Virus record (IMG/VR): IMGVR_UViG_2737471843_000002
Coordinates: 1 to 4,510 of that record
DNA length: 4,510 nt
Direction: 5' to 3' (one strand)
Source: a virus
Taxonomy: Duplodnaviria; Heunggongvirae; Uroviricota; Caudoviricetes
Positions within the stretch are counted from its first letter, which is position 1. Every line of letters starts with the position of its first letter. The position numbers and the translations under genes are program-made. Below the pieces are notes generated by a model, which searched no databases, was not told the origin of the DNA, and saw nothing but the letters and a program-made list of their open reading frames with translations. Positions 1-4,510 of this stretch are shown piece by piece.

Positions 1-20
1 ATTGATGCGGAGGGCAGCGC

Positions 21-647
21 ATGAGCAACGCACCGACCATTAAATCGGGAAATGCCGACTTATTACACGCCGAAGCCACACCGCACGGCGTCAATATCAT
101 GACCCGCAATGATGCCGGGGGATATGAGCAGGTTGCTCTTATCAGCTACGAGAGCGCCGTGAACGGCCTTGACGCCGGAGAGTACGACGATAAGCCAGAT
201 ATCGGATACGCCATTCATTTTGCCGTTGCTGATGGCGGGGCGCGTGGCTGGTTCGACTTCACCGCGCAGCATAACGTCACTATGTGGCGCTGGCTGATTG
301 CTGCGACGTTCATTTCTGAGATGAAGCGCGAAAACGGCACAACCACGGTAACTGAGTCTGACGGCACTTCATCGCAGGTGGCGATTTACTCCAATGGCAC
401 GGCGGGGATTGTGGTTTACCCGTTCGCGGAACGTCTGGCGATGGCTAACAACATGGAGGGCGCAATGGTTGAGCGCTACGGCATTGAGCAGGGAACAGCG
501 AACGCCATTGTTTTTTATCAGGCCATGATCGACACGGAGCGCGGCGAGTTGACCCCGTTCGGGCGTGAAACGCTTGCTGAACTTCACAACAGCTTTATAG
601 CTGAACTGGATGAAAACGGCTGGCCTGAAATGCCGCTGGCGCACTGA
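21..647 (+). CDS. Hypothetical acidic protein, 208 aa, function unknown
   Basis: Complete ORF from the six-frame track. ATG at 21 is preceded by GGAGGG at 9-14 (6-nt spacer). The stop TGA at 645-647 is followed after 9 nt by the next start at 657. By my hand count the protein has about 29 Asp+Glu against about 11 Lys+Arg. No catalytic motif recognised. Confidence 0.7.
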   Translation: MSNAPTIKSGNADLLHAEATPHGVNIMTRNDAGGYEQVALISYESAVNGLDAGEYDDKPDIGYAIHFAVADGGARGWFDFTAQHNVTMWRWLIAATFISEMKRENGTTTVTESDGTSSQVAIYSNGTAGIVVYPFAERLAMANNMEGAMVERYGIEQGTANAIVFYQAMIDTERGELTPFGRETLAELHNSFIAELDENGWPEMPLAH

Positions 648-656
648 GGGGGCGAC

Positions 657-998
657 ATGATTACTAAAAATTTCCGACTTAATGCGCTGGCGAATAAGTA
701 TGCGTCGGCACTGTATAACCACATTACGGCTATCAATGGTGGCAATTACTTCATGGTTGACGCGGCAGGCCAGCAAATCCGTGTGGAAATCGTCAATGGA
801 GTAAAAGGCGTTCGCAGCCTGATCGATAGCTACACACTGGCAGCCATGAAAGTGTCCTACCCGCAGTGGGAAACCGTGGGGATAGAGCTTCTTGATCGTT
901 GCGTCACTAATGACGGATTGACTGACGTCGGGCGTGAGATATGGCAAAGCATGGTTAAAGACATGGGCGCGACCGTGGCAGGGGGCAACCATGCGTAA
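657..998 (+). CDS. Hypothetical protein, 113 aa, function unknown
   Basis: Complete ORF. ATG at 657 is preceded by GAGGGGG at 646-652. Its stop TAA at 996-998 overlaps the ATG at 991 of the primase-helicase (ATGCGTAA), indicating translational coupling. No recognisable motif. Confidence 0.7.
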   Translation: MITKNFRLNALANKYASALYNHITAINGGNYFMVDAAGQQIRVEIVNGVKGVRSLIDSYTLAAMKVSYPQWETVGIELLDRCVTNDGLTDVGREIWQSMVKDMGATVAGGNHA

Positions 999-3432
999 TA
1001 TCGACATTATCCGCGAAGTGACCAGTGCCGCCGCCGGGCGCTGGCCTTATGTGCTGGCTGGATTGTCTATCGACGTGCCTGATTCATCGCGCCGCCATTC
1101 TCCATGCCCTGCATGTGGTGGGAAAGACCGTTTCAGATTCGACGACAACGGGCGCGGTAGCTTTATCTGCAATCAGTGTGGCGCTGGTGACGGTTTAGAC
1201 CTGATTAAGAAGGTGAACAACTGCGACACCACAGAAGCGGCGAGGCTTGCCGCTGATGTGCTGGGTATTGATTACCGGGCAGCGCAAACCGACCCGGTGG
1301 CAGCGAGCCATAGAAGAGAGCAACTGGAAGCTGACCGCCAGCAGCGTGAGCAGGAGCGCCAGAAACAGGCAGCAGAGGATGCAGAGCAGCGAAGGGCTAC
1401 GTTTGCCCGTCTGTATGCCGGAATGCGCCAGAGTGCCACACAGGGCGAATCTGATTACCTGCAATCAAAAGGGCTGACCGGGTTTAAATATCCGGTAATG
1501 CCGGATGGTTCGTTATTGCTGGAGCTGGTGGACGAATCCGGCGCAGTGGCAGCAGCGCAAACCATTACACCGCAGGGAGAGAAGCGACTCCTGACAGGTT
1601 CAGCAAAGCGCGGGGCATATCACGCCGTTAACGCACCGGAACAGCCGCAGGCGGTGATTATTGCCGAGGGGCTGGCAACCACTTTATCAGTCCACCTGAT
1701 GCGCCCTGACGCGCTGACAGTGTGCGCCATTGATGCGGGCAACCTGCTACCCGTTGCCGAAGTGATGCGCCGGAAACACCCGCAGTCGCAAATTATCATT
1801 GCCGCAGATAACGACCACCAACAGGACGAACAGGCGAACACGGGCAAAGATGCCGCAGAGAAAGCCGCCTTATCCGTGGCTGGCTGGGTGGCGCTGCCGC
1901 CGACAGACTACAAAGCCGACTGGGACGACTACCGCCAGCAAAACGGGCTGGAAGTCGCTACGGCTGCGTTTAACGATTCGATGTACCAGATTCAGGGGGA
2001 AACCGTGAAACCACAACTACAGGCCATTGCGGGCGGTAAATCCCGCCGTAAAGCCGAAGTCGGAGATATTGCACAAATGGCAGCCAGCCAGAAAGCGCGG
2101 TTGCTTTCATCTCGATGGGATATGTTGGCGGTTAACCCTGATAGTGGCACTGTTTACTGCTACGAATCTGGCGTATGGGAGAAGCTACCAGACAGTGAAT
2201 TAGAAAGGGTTATGGTGGCAATTTTCGACGAGCACGAAGCCCACTACACCGAAAAGGGGATTAAATCGGTTGTCGCAACCATGAAGCTGCAAATACCGGT
2301 AATTGGTGAGCGGAGCGGGGATTTGATTGGTTTTGATAACGGCGTTTATGACCTCGCTACGCAGACGTTTTCCGCCCATTCGCCGGGTAACTGGCTGATG
2401 AACCACAATGGGATCACCTACACCCCGCCAGCGCCGGGGGAAAATATTACCACCAGCGCCCCCAATTTTACCAGTTGGCTGAATCATGCAACGGCTGGCG
2501 ACCATCATAAGGCCGAGCGTATCAAAGCAGCCTTGTTTATGGTGCTGGCGAAGCGTCACGACTGGCAGCTATTCATTGAGATAACTGGCGAGGGCGGCAG
2601 TGGAAAATCCGTATTCAGCAGCATAGCAACCACGCTGGCAGGTGAACACAACACCGCCAGCGGTAGCATGATGACGCTGGACACCGCACGGGGACGGGCG
2701 CAGTTCGTAGGAAAAAGCCTGATTATTATGCCTGACCAGACCCGCTATGTTGGAGAGGGTGCGGGGATTAAAGCCATTACGGGCGGCGATCCGGTAGAGA
2801 TTGATGGGAAATATGAAAAGCAGTTCACAACCGTGATAAATGCCGTTGTTATGGCAACCAATAACGAGCCGATGACATTCACGGAGCGAAACGGGGGCAT
2901 TGCCCGCCGCCGCGTGATATTCCCGTTTAATAACCCGGTATCAGACGCAGACAAAGACCCGGATTTAACAGCAAAAATCAGGCGAGAAATCCCGGTGATT
3001 ATCCGCCACCTGCTAACCACCTTTGCCGACCAGAACAAAGCAAAAGCACTATTACTAGAGCAGCGCGATTCGCAGGAGGCGCTAGAGGTTAAACGCGGCA
3101 CGGATCCGGTTGTCGATATGTGTGCGGCGCTTTTTTTCATGAACGAACCCAAAGGCATGATGATGGGCGGAGGTACATGGGCAGGCCAGCCAGAGCCGAG
3201 GACGTATCTTTATCATCTTTATCTGGCGTTTATGGAGTATCACGGTTTGGGTAAACCGCTTTCCGTCAATAAGTTTTCACGCGCCATAAAATCAGCAGCA
3301 AAAGAGTACCGAGCCAGCTACCTGACGAGAAGCATTAACGGCAGAGCGCAAACCAACGTTGGCTATAACGAGAAGGCTGAGGAGTTCATGCCCCGTGCTT
3401 ACGGTGTGGAGAGCGGGCAGAGTGATGATTGA
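991..3432 (+). CDS. Primase-helicase (Zn-ribbon + TOPRIM primase + SF3/D5-type helicase), P4 alpha-like replication initiator
   Basis: Long ORF; the track gives 934-3432 from a GTG, but I prefer ATG 991 (GGGGG at 981-985, overlap with the upstream stop), giving 814 aa. Cys4 motif CPACGG...CNQCG is encoded at 1105-1179. TOPRIM-like IIAEGLATT has its Glu at 1666-1668 and IIAADNDH its Asp-x-Asp at 1807-1815. Walker A GEGGSGKS is at 2587-2610, Walker B-like SLIIMPD has its Asp at 2734-2736, and SF3 motif C VVMATNN is at 2842-2865. A C-terminal region of about 190 aa follows the helicase core and is a candidate DNA-binding domain. Confidence 0.92.
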   Translation: MRNIDIIREVTSAAAGRWPYVLAGLSIDVPDSSRRHSPCPACGGKDRFRFDDNGRGSFICNQCGAGDGLDLIKKVNNCDTTEAARLAADVLGIDYRAAQTDPVAASHRREQLEADRQQREQERQKQAAEDAEQRRATFARLYAGMRQSATQGESDYLQSKGLTGFKYPVMPDGSLLLELVDESGAVAAAQTITPQGEKRLLTGSAKRGAYHAVNAPEQPQAVIIAEGLATTLSVHLMRPDALTVCAIDAGNLLPVAEVMRRKHPQSQIIIAADNDHQQDEQANTGKDAAEKAALSVAGWVALPPTDYKADWDDYRQQNGLEVATAAFNDSMYQIQGETVKPQLQAIAGGKSRRKAEVGDIAQMAASQKARLLSSRWDMLAVNPDSGTVYCYESGVWEKLPDSELERVMVAIFDEHEAHYTEKGIKSVVATMKLQIPVIGERSGDLIGFDNGVYDLATQTFSAHSPGNWLMNHNGITYTPPAPGENITTSAPNFTSWLNHATAGDHHKAERIKAALFMVLAKRHDWQLFIEITGEGGSGKSVFSSIATTLAGEHNTASGSMMTLDTARGRAQFVGKSLIIMPDQTRYVGEGAGIKAITGGDPVEIDGKYEKQFTTVINAVVMATNNEPMTFTERNGGIARRRVIFPFNNPVSDADKDPDLTAKIRREIPVIIRHLLTTFADQNKAKALLLEQRDSQEALEVKRGTDPVVDMCAALFFMNEPKGMMMGGGTWAGQPEPRTYLYHLYLAFMEYHGLGKPLSVNKFSRAIKSAAKEYRASYLTRSINGRAQTNVGYNEKAEEFMPRAYGVESGQSDD
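1105..1179 (+). other. Cys4 zinc-ribbon motif within the primase N-terminus
   Basis: Cys codons at 1105-1107, 1114-1116, 1168-1170 and 1177-1179 give CxxC-N17-CxxC. Confidence 0.75.
2587..2865 (+). other. SF3 helicase core (Walker A, Walker B, motif C) within the primase-helicase
   Basis: GEGGSGKS at 2587-2610; hydrophobic stretch plus Asp (SLIIMPD) at 2716-2736; ATNN at 2854-2865. The order and spacing are typical of SF3 (D5-like) helicases. Confidence 0.8.
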
Positions 3433-3450
3433 AACTTTTACGGCGGCACT

Positions 3451-3698
3451 TATCCCTACTGCCCTACTAAAAACGAGACGAGGCCAGACGTAGCAAGGCT
3501 TTAAACTAGGTAGGGATATATATTTTTATCCCTACTTATCCCTACATATCCCTACCAAATAAAACAGGCAGCAAAATGCCGTTGAAGTGATTTAGTAGGG
3601 ATAAGTAGGGTTATGTAGGGCAACAAAATTGAATGCCTACCAGTCTGAAAGCCTTGCCATTCGTGGCCTGAGCCAGTTAGTAGGGATTGGTAGGGATA
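3451..3698. repeat. Iteron array: about 11 copies of the 9-mer GTAGGGATA in both orientations
   Basis: Top-strand TATCCCTAC (reverse orientation) at 3451-3459, 3527-3535, 3537-3545 and 3547-3555, plus a degenerate copy at 3459-3467. Top-strand GTAGGGATA at 3510-3518, 3595-3603 and 3690-3698, with degenerate copies GTAGGGTTA at 3605-3613, GTAGGGCAA at 3615-3623 and GTAGGGATT at 3680-3688. Copies inside each block are spaced exactly 10 bp apart. Confidence 0.85.
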
Positions 3699-3703
3699 TT
3701 ACA

Positions 3704-3728
3704 CCCCCAAAAAGATTCTATGGGGGGG
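3704..3728. other. C5/G7 inverted repeat (possible stem-loop) including a G7 homopolymer tract
   Basis: CCCCC at 3704-3708 and GGGGGGG at 3722-3728 are separated by an A/T-rich loop. It lies 23 bp upstream of the ATG at 3751. No U-tract follows on either strand. Confidence 0.3.
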
Positions 3729-3750
3729 TAGCTTATAACGAAGGTGGGCA

Positions 3751-4053
3751 ATGAATACAGAAACCAGCCAGAAAATGACCTATCAGGAGCGTGAAGCATT
3801 GAAGGGGTTTACTGACAAACGCGCATTACAGGGCGACACCCAAAGCCTGCAAATGACCTTGAGGATGATCGCCCACTGGATGAGGCAGCCAGCAGAAATT
3901 GGATTTACAGAATATGCAACACACTGGACGGCAGCACAGGCCGGACGTGATGACGGGAATCACTCGACCGCAGCAATGGCGGAGCAGTGGCCTTTAAGGG
4001 AAGAAATGAAAATTATCCCCGGAGGTAGTGACTACATGAGGAAATATCTATGA
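3751..4053 (+). CDS. Hypothetical protein, 100 aa, function unknown
   Basis: Complete ORF. ATG at 3751 is preceded by AAGGTGGG at 3741-3748. Its stop TGA at 4051-4053 overlaps the ATG at 4050 of the SSB-like gene (ATGA), indicating translational coupling. An alternative start is the ATG at 3775. Confidence 0.6.
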   Translation: MNTETSQKMTYQEREALKGFTDKRALQGDTQSLQMTLRMIAHWMRQPAEIGFTEYATHWTAAQAGRDDGNHSTAAMAEQWPLREEMKIIPGGSDYMRKYL

Positions 4054-4510
4054 CAGCACAAATTTCAGCATACGGGCGGCTGGTGGCAGATCCCCAGACC
4101 CGTACCACAGCAAACGGTACAAGCATGGCAATGGGACGGTTAGCGGTGGCACTGCCCTGCCATGCAGCAGAGGGCGGAGAGGTTACTTTCTGGCTGGGCG
4201 TGGTGGCATTCGGCAAACAGGCCGACGCACTGGCAGGACACGTTAAAGGCGATTTAGTCAGTGTTGCCGGAGCGATGCAGATCAATCAGTGGACGGGCAA
4301 GGATGGCGGTACACAGCAAGGTTATCAGGTAGTAGCCGACAGCGTGATCAGCGCCAGAACGGTACGCCCCGGCGGGAAGCGGGCCGAATCAGTCAAAGCA
4401 AGCGGAGCCAGCAGGGGCCACACAACACAATCCGCGCCGGGATGGGAGTTATATAATACCCCTGATGATTTTGACCAACGCCCACCATTCGACGATGAAA
4501 CGCCATTCTG
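4050..4510 (+). CDS. Single-stranded DNA-binding protein-like (OB-fold) with acidic C-terminal tip; 3' end at the window edge
   Basis: Not in the ORF track because no stop falls inside the window. My manual translation from ATG 4050 (GAGG at 4038-4041, 8-nt spacer) gives MTAQISAYGRLVADPQTRTTANG...FWLGVVAFGKQADALAGHVKGDLVSVAGAMQINQWTGKDGGTQQGYQVVADSV...PPFDDETPF. Block-wise this resembles E. coli SSB ([60 protein letters not shown]; tip DDDIPF). The last two bases of the window are TG, so a TGA stop immediately after ...DDETPF is plausible. Confidence 0.85.
   Translation, partial: MTAQISAYGRLVADPQTRTTANGTSMAMGRLAVALPCHAAEGGEVTFWLGVVAFGKQADALAGHVKGDLVSVAGAMQINQWTGKDGGTQQGYQVVADSVISARTVRPGGKRAESVKASGASRGHTTQSAPGWELYNTPDDFDQRPPFDDETPF

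Larger units (their letters stand above)
3451..3730. promoter_or_regulatory. Putative origin of replication (iterons flanking AT-rich tracts) immediately 3' of the primase-helicase gene
   Basis: Iteron blocks in opposite orientation flank the AT-rich segments 3516-3527 (ATATATATTTTT) and 3556-3594. The position directly downstream of the initiator gene matches the arrangement of the P4 cis replication region and of PICI/SaPI origins. The functional assignment is inference. Confidence 0.55.

Noticed and set aside
63-272. 69-aa minus-strand ORF inside ORF1
   Set aside because: Short and antisense to a well-supported gene; shadow ORF.
369-1007. 212-aa ORF on the minus strand spanning the end of ORF1 and all of ORF2
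   Set aside because: It lies fully antisense to two plus-strand genes that have good Shine-Dalgarno sequences and translational coupling. Its translation is R/H/C-rich with no RBS-like context. I take it as a shadow ORF.
1195-3158. Several 69-137-aa ORFs on both strands inside the primase-helicase gene (1195-1464 -, 1247-1477 +, 1620-1847 -, 1799-2008 +, 2200-2559 -, 2745-3158 -)
   Set aside because: All are out-of-frame or antisense overlaps of an 814-aa ORF that has clear catalytic motifs. Their composition is low-complexity and they have no independent start context.
3526-3555. Possible DnaA boxes (TTATCCCTAC resembles TTATCCACA)
   Set aside because: The resemblance is limited to the TTATCC half; positions 7-8 differ from the DnaA consensus as I recall it. 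The repeats are better explained as element-specific iterons.
3451-3698. CRISPR array
   Set aside because: The repeat units are only 9 bp, occur in both orientations, and have no unique spacers of regular length. This is not CRISPR architecture.
3704-3728. Rho-independent terminator
   Set aside because: The GC stem is only 5-6 bp and no U-rich tract follows on either strand.
3433-3750. Sigma70 promoter for the downstream operon (for example TTGCCA at 3654-3659, TATAAC at 3733-3738)
   Set aside because: No pairing of -35 and -10 hexamers with 16-18 bp spacing and a good consensus match could be found by eye. A promoter is likely here but I cannot place it.
3433-3750. Phage cos site or attachment site
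   Set aside because: There is no recognisable cos-like sequence, no adjacent integrase or tRNA, and no flanking direct repeats in the window.
4013-4285. 90-aa minus-strand ORF overlapping the SSB-like gene
   Set aside because: Antisense to a coding region with a recognisable SSB-like OB-fold and acidic tip; shadow ORF.

Overview
This window reads as the replication module of a mobile genetic element in an enterobacterial-type genome (P4-satellite-like, PICI-like or plasmid-like; the sequence alone cannot say which). All genes are on the + strand and tightly coupled. From left to right: (1) an acidic 208-aa protein of unknown function (21-647); (2) a 113-aa protein of unknown function (657-998); (3) a large primase-helicase (most likely 991-3432) with an N-terminal Cys4 zinc ribbon, a TOPRIM primase core and an SF3/D5-type helicase; (4) a ~300-bp AT-richer intergenic region (3433-3750) carrying about eleven phased copies of the 9-mer GTAGGGATA in both orientations, which I interpret as an iteron-type origin of replication; (5) a 100-aa protein of unknown function (3751-4053); (6) a divergent SSB-like OB-fold protein (4050 to the window edge) whose acidic tip ...DDETPF resembles the E. 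coli SSB tip DDDIPF. I see no rRNA, tRNA, CRISPR array, integrase or transposase here. I found no hallmark of a known defence system. The candidates for novelty are the three uncharacterised small proteins, above all the acidic ORF1, and the iteron architecture. All functional calls come from motif recognition by eye; no database search was run.
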